Source of the DNA: an uncultured bacterium
Lineage (GTDB): Bacteria > Fidelibacterota > Marinisomatia > SCGC-AAA003-L08 > JACNLC01
Direction: 5' to 3'
DNA: 64,000 bases
Assembly (NCBI GenBank): GCA_964527215.1
Contig: CAZGNZ010000017.1
Span: 1,610 to 65,609, forward strand
In this document: piece by piece, positions 38,054-47,558 of the stretch
Position numbering within the stretch: position 1 is the stretch's first letter
How the letters are laid out: each line of letters starts with the position of its first letter
Notes under the pieces: model-generated
What the model was told of the DNA's origin: nothing
Seen by the model: the letters and a program-made list of their open reading frames with translations, nothing else
The model's database searches: none
Made by a program: the position numbers and the translations under genes

Positions 38054-40702
38054 ATGTTACGGTCATTTTTGCTTATCCCTGTACTGACAGTCTTTGCATT
38101 TTCAACCCTGTTTGCAGAAAAAGACATCGTTCTGGCGGAACCGGTTACGGGTGCGGCAGATGAACCGGCACAGGCAGATGACAAGGAGTCTGAAACTGAG
38201 CTTCCGCTTTTTGAAGAACATATTCAGGATTTTGAATTTTTCCCGGGGCTGTTTGACATTTACCGCAATACGGAAAAAGATGAATATTTTCTCGCCCTGC
38301 ACCCGGATCAGCTGGAAGTGATTTATCTGCTCAGCATCACCCGTCAGACAGGTGATGCCGGGAGTTTTGACAGCGGCGCCATGATGGGAAGCCTTCCCAT
38401 GGTGTTACATAAATTTAACAAATCAATACAGTTGCGACGGATTAATACCCGTTTTCGGGCAGAAAACAATCCTCCCATGGAACGCGCTCTGGACAATGCC
38501 CTTAATCCATCCATTATTCTGACAACCGACATACTGACCGAACCAGATACCCTTCATGGGAAAATCCTCATTGACCTGAAAAAACTGTTTCTGAACGACC
38601 GTTTTACCCAGATCGGTTACATTACCGGAGAATGGAAACGTAAATACCAGTTTGATCAGGACAACTCCCGGTTCAATTCTCTGAAATCATTTCCTCTGAA
38701 TACGGAAATCGATGTCCTGCTTCATTTCAAATCAGATAAACCGCATCGTTCCGTCACTCTGCCCGACTCCCGGTCCATGCTGCATCGGTATCATTTCAGT
38801 CTGTCAGCACTGCCGGAATCAGATTATGTACCGCGGCCTGCGGACGATCGTGTGGGATATTTCCTGACCATGTATCAGGATTATTCCACTGTGGAACAGG
38901 ATTCTCCCTATAAATACCTGATCAACCGCTGGAATCTGAAAAAGAAAGATCCGAATGCAGACCTGTCCCCGCCGGTAAAGCCGATCACATTCTGGCTCGA
39001 AAACACGATTCCGATCGAGTACCGTCCAGCCATCGAACAAGCCATTCTGCTCTGGAATGACGCCTTTGAACGAATCGGTTATCAGGATGCGGTGGTCGTG
39101 AAGCAAATGCCGGACGATGCAGACTGGGATCCGGCGGATGTCCGCTACAATACCATACGCTGGATCATACAGCCCGGCGGCGGATACGCAGTGGGACCTT
39201 CCCGGGCCAACCCATTTACGGGGGAAATATATGATGCGGACATTCGTATCAGTGCAGATTTTGTCCGTCATTTTTATACGGATGTCGCTGAAATGATTGC
39301 CCCGCTGTCCCTGTCCGAAGTTCTGTCGGAAGCCCGGTTGGAATCCGAACATCGGACCGGCAGACATGAATGCCGGTATGCCGCAGAAAAAGCCCACCAG
39401 ATGTCCTTTGCCTGGGATCTGCTGGCCGCCAGAGGGCTCACGGACAACATGAATCGGGAACAGTTTATTAATGACGGTCTGATTGATCTGGTGGTCCACG
39501 AAGTAGGGCATACGCTTGGACTGAGACATAATTTTAAAGGCAGCCACGTCTACCCGGAAGATCTGCTGCAGGACAAGCAGTTTACTGAAAATTTCGGATT
39601 GACATCGTCGGTTATGGATTACGCACCACTGAACATCTCCCTTCCCGGGGATTCCCAGGGGTCTTATTTTCAGACTGCACTGGGAGTATGGGATTACTGG
39701 GTTATTGAATACGGCTACGGGGATGCGGAATACCGTGGGTTTGACTCTGAAGACACATATCTTGAACATCTTGCCGGGATGGTTGCCGAACCCATGCTGG
39801 ATTACTGCACGGATGAAGATGCACGGGGATATTCCGCCTGGGGCATGGATCCGTCCTGCAGTCTGTATGATTTAACCAGCAATCCGTTGGAATACTATCA
39901 GACACGTGTGGATCTGGTACATGAACTATGGCAGGGGCTGCCTGACAATTCTGTGCAGCCTGGTGGTGAATATCAGGATGTGCGCAACGTTTTTTTCCAG
40001 GGCATTCGGGAATATCGGAATTTATCACGCAATGTACCGAAATACATTGGCGGTGTCTATGTCTATCGCGGTCATATCGGTGACCATACCGAAAAGTGGC
40101 CATATGAAGCTGTGCCGGCAGCTGAGCAGCGGGAGGCACTGGCATTTCTAAATAAGGTTTTGTTCAGTGCGGATGCATTTGAGTTTTCCCCGGAATTGTT
40201 AAGCATGCTGACCCCCGAATATCGTGGTGATTTTTACGGCGGTCTGTGGAGAAGCGGTCGGCAGGATGTGCCCATTCACAGTGAAATCCGTGTTATTCAG
40301 GCCGGTGCGCTTGTCCGCCTGTATTCCGCGGCAACCCTGGAAAGGCTGCTGGACAATGAAATTCGGTATCGCCGGGAAAAAGAAGTTTTTACCATGGCTG
40401 AACTGTTCGAAACATTAAGAGACAATATATGGAACGAGCTGGACAGCGGCAGTAATATTATCAGTTTCAGGCGGGAACTGCAGCGGATGCATCTCAAACT
40501 GCTTCAGGATATTATTTTGGAAAAACCTGACAAATATCCGCTGGATGCCGTCGCTCTGGCGCGCTATGATCTTTTAGCACTTGGTGAAAAAATACCCGGT
40601 GTTATCCATCGTCCCGGTATTTCAACCATTAACAAAGCACATTTACAGGAAGTGAAAGCGTCCATAGAAGGAACATTGGAAGCACACCTGAGCCGGGACT
40701 GA
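38054..40702 (+). CDS. Secreted zinc-dependent metalloprotease (DUF5117/DUF4953-type)
   Basis: It has a signal peptide, a zincin motif HEVGHTLGLRHNF followed by SSVMDY, and totals 882 aa. Confidence 0.8.
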   Translation: MLRSFLLIPVLTVFAFSTLFAEKDIVLAEPVTGAADEPAQADDKESETELPLFEEHIQDFEFFPGLFDIYRNTEKDEYFLALHPDQLEVIYLLSITRQTGDAGSFDSGAMMGSLPMVLHKFNKSIQLRRINTRFRAENNPPMERALDNALNPSIILTTDILTEPDTLHGKILIDLKKLFLNDRFTQIGYITGEWKRKYQFDQDNSRFNSLKSFPLNTEIDVLLHFKSDKPHRSVTLPDSRSMLHRYHFSLSALPESDYVPRPADDRVGYFLTMYQDYSTVEQDSPYKYLINRWNLKKKDPNADLSPPVKPITFWLENTIPIEYRPAIEQAILLWNDAFERIGYQDAVVVKQMPDDADWDPADVRYNTIRWIIQPGGGYAVGPSRANPFTGEIYDADIRISADFVRHFYTDVAEMIAPLSLSEVLSEARLESEHRTGRHECRYAAEKAHQMSFAWDLLAARGLTDNMNREQFINDGLIDLVVHEVGHTLGLRHNFKGSHVYPEDLLQDKQFTENFGLTSSVMDYAPLNISLPGDSQGSYFQTALGVWDYWVIEYGYGDAEYRGFDSEDTYLEHLAGMVAEPMLDYCTDEDARGYSAWGMDPSCSLYDLTSNPLEYYQTRVDLVHELWQGLPDNSVQPGGEYQDVRNVFFQGIREYRNLSRNVPKYIGGVYVYRGHIGDHTEKWPYEAVPAAEQREALAFLNKVLFSADAFEFSPELLSMLTPEYRGDFYGGLWRSGRQDVPIHSEIRVIQAGALVRLYSAATLERLLDNEIRYRREKEVFTMAELFETLRDNIWNELDSGSNIISFRRELQRMHLKLLQDIILEKPDKYPLDAVALARYDLLALGEKIPGVIHRPGISTINKAHLQEVKASIEGTLEAHLSRD

Positions 40703-40795
40703 CCCTGTGACTGCTGCCGAATTGAAGTAAGACGAAAAGCAATTAAGAAACCAGATTTTGTAATTCCAAACTAAATAAACTATCTGCACCCCATT

Positions 40796-43309
40796 ATGAA
40801 TGATATAAAAGTACTGATTGTTGAAGACGAAGTTAATCTGTGTGAGCTGGTAAAGCTGGGTTTGGAAAATATGGCCAGTAATTATCAGATTTATATCGCT
40901 CACAACGGACAAGATGCACTAGAGGTTTTGGATAAAACAGCCATTGACGTGATGGTGACGGATATCCGGATGCCCGGCATCAGCGGGATTGAACTCCTGG
41001 AAAAAACCAATGAGCTCTTCCCCGCTCTTCAGACCATTGTGATAACAGGTCATGGTGATCTGGACAATGCCATTGAAGCCCTGCGCCTCGGTGCCCTGAA
41101 TTATATCAAAAAACCCGTCTCTTTTGAAGTACTGCATTTTTCAATTCAGAAAGGGATAGAAAAAGCAAACCTGAAGCACCAGCTGGAGGCGAACGAGCAA
41201 AAATTCCGGAATGCTTTTATGTCTGCCCCGATGGGCATGATGATATTTAAACCGCACCACCCGTTTATTCAGGTTAATCAGACAGTCTGCAGCATGCTGG
41301 GGTATTCTGAAAAGGAACTTCTGAAGAAAACCATTGAGGATATTACCAATCCCATCAGCATTGAAAAAGAGTCAGAAACCATCTCGAAACTGATGGCCGG
41401 CGAAGAAGACAGCGCCAGTTACCAGACGAGATATATCTGCTCGGACAAACATGAGATATGGTGTAATGTGCATCTGTCCCGCTCAGATGACAGCACAGGC
41501 CGGACAGCCCATCTCATCGCCCAGGTTTTGGACGTTTCGGATCAGATTAAGGGATCCAAAATCAGGTCAGCCACCTACAAAATCTCCCAGGCCGCCCATA
41601 TGGCCACCAGTCCTGAGGAACTGTTCAAAAGTATCCACGACGCCATTGCCGAGCTGATGCCGGCCAGTAATTTCTTCATTGCCCTTCACGATAAAGAAAA
41701 CAATAAGCTGAATTTTCCCTATTTTGTGGATGAGAATGATCCCCCGCCCGATCCTCAGGCTTTGGAAAAAGGGCTGACAGAGTATGTTCTGAACAGCGGC
41801 AGTCCCCTTTGGGCGCCCCCGGACGTGTTTGAAGAACTGCTGCGAAACGGGGACATAGAGATTCTGGGGACACCGGCGGTTGACTGGCTGGGAGTACCTC
41901 TTACAGCCAATGATGAAGTGATGGGCGTCATGGTCATTCAGAGCTATACGGAAGGCGTATGCTTCAGCGAGGATGATCAGCAGGTTCTGGTATTTGTTTC
42001 TGAGCAGATAGCCATGTCCATCCGGCAAAAAATAATTCTGGATGCGCTTCAGAGTTCTGAAGAACAGTACCGCACCCTGATTGAACATTCCAACGACATG
42101 ATTTTCACCTGCGATACTCGCGGAAACTTTACATTTGTTAATTCTCAGACGGAGACCATCACCGGATACAAGTTGGAAAAACTTTCGGGCAAACCTTTGA
42201 CGATTGTCTCTCATCCTGATGATATTGACACCGTGAATGACGCATTAAAACGGCTTAAGACCGGTGAAACCGCCAACTACGAAACTCGAATTTTTGGTTC
42301 AGACGGCCAGGTGATATATCTGGATGTTAACAGTACACCATTGTATGAAAAAAACAAACTGCTTGGAATTGTGGGTTTCGGAAGAGACATCACGGAGCAG
42401 AAACTTGCAGAAGCCGCCCTGGAGGTGGAACGGGCATATCTGGATGAACTGTTTCTCAGTGTTCCCGAAGGCATTGTACTTGTAGATAATCAGAGCAATA
42501 TCATTCGGATTAATCCGGAATTCACCAATATTTTTGGGTACACTGAAGAGGAAGTCATCGGCAAAAATATCGATGATCTTGTGACAAATGAGGAAGTCAA
42601 GGACGAAGCGACACAGCTGACCAAAGTGTTTGGTGAGGGCAATCGTCGGAAAATAGAATCCATGCGGTACCGCAAGCACGGAGCTCCCGTACACGTATCC
42701 ATCATTGGTGCTCCCATTCAGCTGTCCACGGGTCAGGTGGCCGTGTATGCCATCTACCGGGATATCACAGAACGCAAAAATGCAGAGGCAGAACTTGCAT
42801 ACCGGGCCCGCAATGATTCCTTAACCGGATTGTACAACCGCCCCAGCTGTTTCGACCGCCTGGAACAGGAGCTCTCCTATGCCAAACGTTATAAAGTGGA
42901 TCGGGCGGTTCTGTTTCTGGATGTGGACAGTTTTAAAAAGGTCAACGACCTCTACGGTCACGATGCCGGTGATAAAATCCTGATTGAAGTTGCCCAGCGG
43001 CTGAAAGAGTCCCTGCGTGAAAGTGACAGCCTGTACCGTCTGGGCGGAGATGAATTTGTTATCATTCTCAGCAATCCCGATGAAATTTGTCCCGAAATTG
43101 TGGCAGGACGATTGAATGATGCGCTGTCAATGCCTTATGACATTTGCGGACACCACATCGATTTTGTAACCGCCAGTATCGGAATCAGCAAATACCCCGA
43201 AGATGCCATTGATGTATCAACACTGGTTAACAGAGCGGATAAGGCCATGTATGAGGCCAAAAAAGCTGGAAAAAACTGTTTCCGAAATTATACGGATCAC
43301 ATGGAATAG
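40796..43309 (+). CDS. Response-regulator diguanylate cyclase (REC-PAS-GAF-PAS-PAS-GGDEF)
   Basis: The REC domain has DVMVTDIRMPGISG...KP. The active site is an intact GGDEF (RLGGDEFVII), with an RxxD I-site (RESD) five residues upstream. Confidence 0.9.
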   Translation: MNDIKVLIVEDEVNLCELVKLGLENMASNYQIYIAHNGQDALEVLDKTAIDVMVTDIRMPGISGIELLEKTNELFPALQTIVITGHGDLDNAIEALRLGALNYIKKPVSFEVLHFSIQKGIEKANLKHQLEANEQKFRNAFMSAPMGMMIFKPHHPFIQVNQTVCSMLGYSEKELLKKTIEDITNPISIEKESETISKLMAGEEDSASYQTRYICSDKHEIWCNVHLSRSDDSTGRTAHLIAQVLDVSDQIKGSKIRSATYKISQAAHMATSPEELFKSIHDAIAELMPASNFFIALHDKENNKLNFPYFVDENDPPPDPQALEKGLTEYVLNSGSPLWAPPDVFEELLRNGDIEILGTPAVDWLGVPLTANDEVMGVMVIQSYTEGVCFSEDDQQVLVFVSEQIAMSIRQKIILDALQSSEEQYRTLIEHSNDMIFTCDTRGNFTFVNSQTETITGYKLEKLSGKPLTIVSHPDDIDTVNDALKRLKTGETANYETRIFGSDGQVIYLDVNSTPLYEKNKLLGIVGFGRDITEQKLAEAALEVERAYLDELFLSVPEGIVLVDNQSNIIRINPEFTNIFGYTEEEVIGKNIDDLVTNEEVKDEATQLTKVFGEGNRRKIESMRYRKHGAPVHVSIIGAPIQLSTGQVAVYAIYRDITERKNAEAELAYRARNDSLTGLYNRPSCFDRLEQELSYAKRYKVDRAVLFLDVDSFKKVNDLYGHDAGDKILIEVAQRLKESLRESDSLYRLGGDEFVIILSNPDEICPEIVAGRLNDALSMPYDICGHHIDFVTASIGISKYPEDAIDVSTLVNRADKAMYEAKKAGKNCFRNYTDHME

Positions 43310-43428
43310 CCCTTGAGCCCTGCAAATTTCCGGGGCTCGAAAAGCAGTCTTCCATTTTCAGGCCGCCACAGGGAAACAGGATGATGGCCGAAATTCTTGA
43401 TATGTCAGTCACATTCCTGATGTATGCA

Positions 43429-43453
43429 GAAAACGCCCCTTTCGGGGCGTTTT
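43429..43453. terminator. Bidirectional intrinsic terminator between the convergent GGDEF and nrdJ genes
   Basis: GAAAACGCCCC-TTTC-GGGGCGTTTT has an A-run upstream and a T-run downstream. Confidence 0.85.
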
Positions 43454-43506
43454 GAGTCTTACTGTGCCAAGCGTGGTATGCTCAGCGGAAATGACTGTAC
43501 CGAGAA

Positions 43507-44211
43507 CTACTTGTCACATTTACTGTAACCGCAGCTTGGATCCATGCAGATATCGCAGCCGTTTTCAAGCTTCAGTGTTCTATTCCCGCATTCGGGACAT
43601 ATTTTGAACCGCGTCATTCCGCCATTGCCTTCATCGCTTGTGAAAACTTTCTGGACAGAACCGGTGGTTCTGGCTGCCATCGGAGGTCCGTTATCTGCCA
43701 CCGGGCGGGGATCCGGCCGGTCAAGGATTCCAACGTCATAGAAAAACTGTTCAATGACATCTGCAATTTCCGCATAAAAGGAATGGTAGTATTTTCCGCC
43801 CTTGAATGATCCTCCGCTTGGATCAAATATTCCCCTGAGTTCTTCCAGAATGAAGTAGGGATTTGGAGATCTTCTGAAAATGGCAGAGATCAGACGGGTC
43901 AGCACCACATACTCCGGTGCTCGTGAGAGGTCTTTGGAATTGATAAATATCTCGATGGGGCGTTTGCGGCCGTGCTCGTTATAATATCCCAGTGTGATGA
44001 AGACAGAATTTTTCACAAATGCGCTTTTTAATTTGTACACTTTGGCGTCCACACACTCCGGTCGGACAAAGGCAAACGGCTCCTGAGAAGCATTTGGATA
44101 GGCAGCAGTCGTTTGGCCCGATTCTGACGACGGTGCCTGACCCGCGGAAGGTTCAGGCTTTGAAGGGGGCATATACTCTTTAATTTTACTTTCAGAATCT
44201 AGTTTAATCAC
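43507..44211 (-). CDS. nrdJ: Class II ribonucleotide reductase, C-terminal fragment (NrdJb-like) with a terminal Zn-ribbon/Cys tail
   Basis: RPECVDAKVYKLKS...VFITLGYY...RPIEIFINS...LTRLISAIFRR...EELRGI matches the C-terminal region of full-length NrdJ. It ends in CPECGN...CDICMDPSCGYSKC. Its GTG start overlaps the upstream TAG stop by 1 nt. Confidence 0.75.
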   Translation of the reverse strand: MIKLDSESKIKEYMPPSKPEPSAGQAPSSESGQTTAAYPNASQEPFAFVRPECVDAKVYKLKSAFVKNSVFITLGYYNEHGRKRPIEIFINSKDLSRAPEYVVLTRLISAIFRRSPNPYFILEELRGIFDPSGGSFKGGKYYHSFYAEIADVIEQFFYDVGILDRPDPRPVADNGPPMAARTTGSVQKVFTSDEGNGGMTRFKICPECGNRTLKLENGCDICMDPSCGYSKCDK

Positions 44212-46745
44212 TATTTAACTTCCTCTAAATCTTTACTGCTGTGTAAAAAATCATCAATGCCTGCTGAATTTCTGTTCAAATAATGATAAACCGTGGTCAG
44301 CGAGCCATCCGGTAGTTTGAGAATTTCCTCTCCTTTGCAAAATACCGCGCTGCCATCTTCCCGTGTTATTTCAAAAATTCTGTCTTTTGCTTCCTGAAAC
44401 GGCGTTTTAACTTCGTCAGTGGCCAGTATTGCGGAGCGGGATCCGTCCCGGTATACAGTAATGCCCTTCAGCTTTTTCTTCCAGGCAGACAAATAGATAT
44501 CCGAGATAACCTCTGGTTCAATATCTTCAGCCAGATTAACGGTTGATGATATGCTGTGATCGATAAATTTCTGACAGACACTCTGAATTGTGACGCGGTG
44601 TTCAGGGTCAATATTGTGGGCAGTACTGTGAAAATATTCCGGCAGAATGTCATTGATGTCGGTTCTCTCATCCACCTGTTCCTGAAGGCCGTTTTTATCA
44701 ATATAGGCTTTCACCGTGGAATGAAATACTTTGAACAGTTTGTTGTTGAACGACTCAGATCGTCGCGTATAAAACAGGGCGAAAATGGGTTCGATTCCCC
44801 CTGAAACACCAATATAGTTTTTTTCAGAAGACTGATATCCTAATACGATATTGGAAATTGAACCGGTGGGAGCAATAGACATGATGGCCATGTTCCGCAA
44901 ACCGTTTTTCTTAATAAGGGCTCTGGTTTCATCGCTGAGAGCTTCTTTGATAAACGGGCAGCGCATATATTCCCGCTGACTGAAAATCGGGGATGCACCC
45001 TTTTCCTCTGCCAGGCCGGCCGAAGCCTGATACGCCGCATTGGTGATGAAACTCATAATCTCGTTCATGATCTCCAGCCCTTCGGGAGATCCATAGGGTA
45101 CCGAAAGCTGGTTCAGCATGTCTGCCACGCCCATGATTCCCAAACCCAGTCGCCGGGTTTCGGCTGCAGCGCGCCGCTGTTTTTCCAATGCATTGAGATC
45201 TTCATTCCATTTGACAACATTGTCAAGAAAGCGCACCAGAACCCGCGTGGTTTCTGCAAGCTGATCCCAGTTGATCCGGGCATCAGGCTCATAGCCGTTG
45301 TCCACAAACCGCGACAGGTTGACTGAACCAAGATTACAGGCACCTCCGCTTTCCAAGGGAACTTCCGCACATGGATTGGTGCTGATGATGGGGCGTCCGA
45401 CATAGTTGGAGGGTGAATATCGGCTCATGGTTGACCAGAATATCAGACCCGGTTCTGCAGTGCGGTAATTGCCTTCTATAAACTGATCCCAGATTTCACG
45501 GGCTTTGACCATCTTTCGAATCTCGCCTGTGGGATCACTGCTGAAATACAGCATGAAGTCACCGGACTGCCGAACAGCCAGATCAAACTCCTGATCCTGA
45601 AGCATGAATACGCAGTCGCCGTAAACATCCCGCTTTGCAGCATCCTGAAAACAGCCCTGCTTAAGGGTTACGCCATAATCCTGGAAAAGCCGGTTATTCA
45701 GTTCCACAAATGAATCAAACGTGCTGAGCAACTCATATTCATTTATGTTTTTACAGGGGATGCCGGCAGAATAATGATTATCCTCGGAATGCGGTGAATT
45801 CTTGATCAGATTGCGGTTTAATTTTTTATATACAATATATGTGTTTTCACCATATTTTTTCTGCTCATCCACAGCCTGCATAAACTCATCACTGGCTTTG
45901 ATGGAGATATTGGCAAAACGAACCTGTATATTTTCTGCTACCTGTTTCTGAATCGCGTCCAGCTGTTTTTCATCAAACATACCGGACCACTTACACTGTT
46001 CAACGATCTGATTGGTGACCCAGTTCGGATCCTGTTTGGCTTTAATGAAATGAAAAATGTCCGGATGCTTGATATCAATGGTCAGCATGAGAGCACCCCG
46101 GCGGCCGCTTTGACCGATCAGACCAGTGGTCAGTGAATAAAGTTCCATGAAGGATACCGCACCCGAAGATGAATCGGCAGCATTGTGCACCACCGCATCT
46201 TTCGGACGCAGACATGAAATATCCACTCCGACACCACCGCCATAGGAATAGGTCCGGGCACATTCAAATGCCGCCTTGTAAATGGAGTCAATATCATCAT
46301 CATCGATCCTGGCCACAAAGCAGTTGGCCAGTGTTTTCAGACGATAGAGATCACCGGCACCGGCCAGTACTCTGCCGCCCGGCATGAATCGACCTTCATA
46401 TAATTCAGTATAGAACCTTTCCGCCCACTGTCTCTGTTTGGGGCGTGAGGGTTCGACGGTTGCCATAAAAGCGGAAATTCTTTTGAAAGCATCCTCCGGA
46501 CGCTTTTCAATAAGTTCGTTGTCCAAATCTTTAAGATAATATTTTTTTGCGTAAATATTCTGCGCAAGCTCACTGTCACCAAGGTAATCCGGATGCGTTG
46601 GAAGCGTACCGTCGTCTATCTTTTCCTGAAGATAATATGTCAGTTCCTGATATGTACCGACACGCTTTTTCCCAATAACTGAAACTGTTTTGCCATGATG
46701 ATTGAACATTTTATCAATCAATTGAAAACCTCTTTCACTCTGCAC
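44211..46745 (-). CDS. nrdJ: Class II (adenosylcobalamin-dependent) ribonucleotide reductase, large N-terminal fragment (NrdJa-like)
   Basis: It has the thiyl-radical loop STNPCAEVPLESGGACNLGSVNL and an RNR barrel. The true start may be the ATG 12 codons downstream (MFNHHGK). Confidence 0.9.
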   Translation of the reverse strand: MQSERGFQLIDKMFNHHGKTVSVIGKKRVGTYQELTYYLQEKIDDGTLPTHPDYLGDSELAQNIYAKKYYLKDLDNELIEKRPEDAFKRISAFMATVEPSRPKQRQWAERFYTELYEGRFMPGGRVLAGAGDLYRLKTLANCFVARIDDDDIDSIYKAAFECARTYSYGGGVGVDISCLRPKDAVVHNAADSSSGAVSFMELYSLTTGLIGQSGRRGALMLTIDIKHPDIFHFIKAKQDPNWVTNQIVEQCKWSGMFDEKQLDAIQKQVAENIQVRFANISIKASDEFMQAVDEQKKYGENTYIVYKKLNRNLIKNSPHSEDNHYSAGIPCKNINEYELLSTFDSFVELNNRLFQDYGVTLKQGCFQDAAKRDVYGDCVFMLQDQEFDLAVRQSGDFMLYFSSDPTGEIRKMVKAREIWDQFIEGNYRTAEPGLIFWSTMSRYSPSNYVGRPIISTNPCAEVPLESGGACNLGSVNLSRFVDNGYEPDARINWDQLAETTRVLVRFLDNVVKWNEDLNALEKQRRAAAETRRLGLGIMGVADMLNQLSVPYGSPEGLEIMNEIMSFITNAAYQASAGLAEEKGASPIFSQREYMRCPFIKEALSDETRALIKKNGLRNMAIMSIAPTGSISNIVLGYQSSEKNYIGVSGGIEPIFALFYTRRSESFNNKLFKVFHSTVKAYIDKNGLQEQVDERTDINDILPEYFHSTAHNIDPEHRVTIQSVCQKFIDHSISSTVNLAEDIEPEVISDIYLSAWKKKLKGITVYRDGSRSAILATDEVKTPFQEAKDRIFEITREDGSAVFCKGEEILKLPDGSLTTVYHYLNRNSAGIDDFLHSSKDLEEVK

Positions 46746-47324
46746 ACAGATTTAATCAGGTAATGAATTGATGCAGAATATCCTTATTGAACAACAAAAT
46801 CTCCCCGGACCATAGTGGGGCTATTGTTTATACTTAATTTGATGATATCGAATTTTGTTATCGACGGATGAATTTGGATGGAATAAATAAGCGTTTCCAA
46901 TCCTGTCATAAAAATATAAAACCATTCTGCTTCTTCACCCAAAATAAAATTCAAATACAAAGAATAAATCCCAATCAGAATCCACGGCACATACTGTTTT
47001 CATGTTGGTATTTTTATATTTACAAGATACCGTCTCAAAACCATACAATTCCGGCACCACACACGGATTGTATCTTGTGCTGGAAAATCGGGTGAGATTG
47101 ACCGGAAAAAATCCTGCATTGAAATCATGATTCATCAAACCGAATTTCCATGATTAGGGTAAGTGTTTTTTTGTGGCAAGTTTACGGGAAAATCTCGGAT
47201 TGGGTTACCAGAATTGTTCAAAACAACAGACAGACATTCAGGATATAATATATGTCAAATATGCTGCTGACAAGAATATCATCACTTGAACTTCGGCCCG
47301 GTCCGGTCTGCAGAGTAAACCTAT

Positions 47325-47499
47325 CCCGAATATTTCATGAGAAATCTATTCCGATGACGGATCTGCTCAATTCTACTGCGTTATACTCGAAAAATGTTCT
47401 CAACGTACTGTCCAGTACGATTTCACTCATTTTTCTTCATATGCCTTGTAGAATCAATCATTTTCATCATCTCATCACGAAGTCTCGTGAAATATCCGG
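47325..47499 (+). mobile_element. MITE-like element, copy B (175 bp)
   Basis: CCCGAATATTTCATGAG...CTCGTGAAATATCCGGA, flanked by CTAT on both sides. It is the inverted orientation of copy A. Confidence 0.8.
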
Positions 47500-47558
47500 A
47501 CTATTGTAAATGACTGCCCCGAACTGCTGCGGAAAATTTGATTATAACCGTGACTGGA

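Noticed and set aside
46746-47020. Cobalamin riboswitch or NrdR boxes upstream of nrdJ (for example GCCCCACTATGGTCCGGGGAG on the minus strand at about 46800-46825).
   Set aside because: There is only a partial resemblance to the B12-box region. The other conserved cores and the multi-helix junction are absent, and no paired 16-bp NrdR palindromes were seen.
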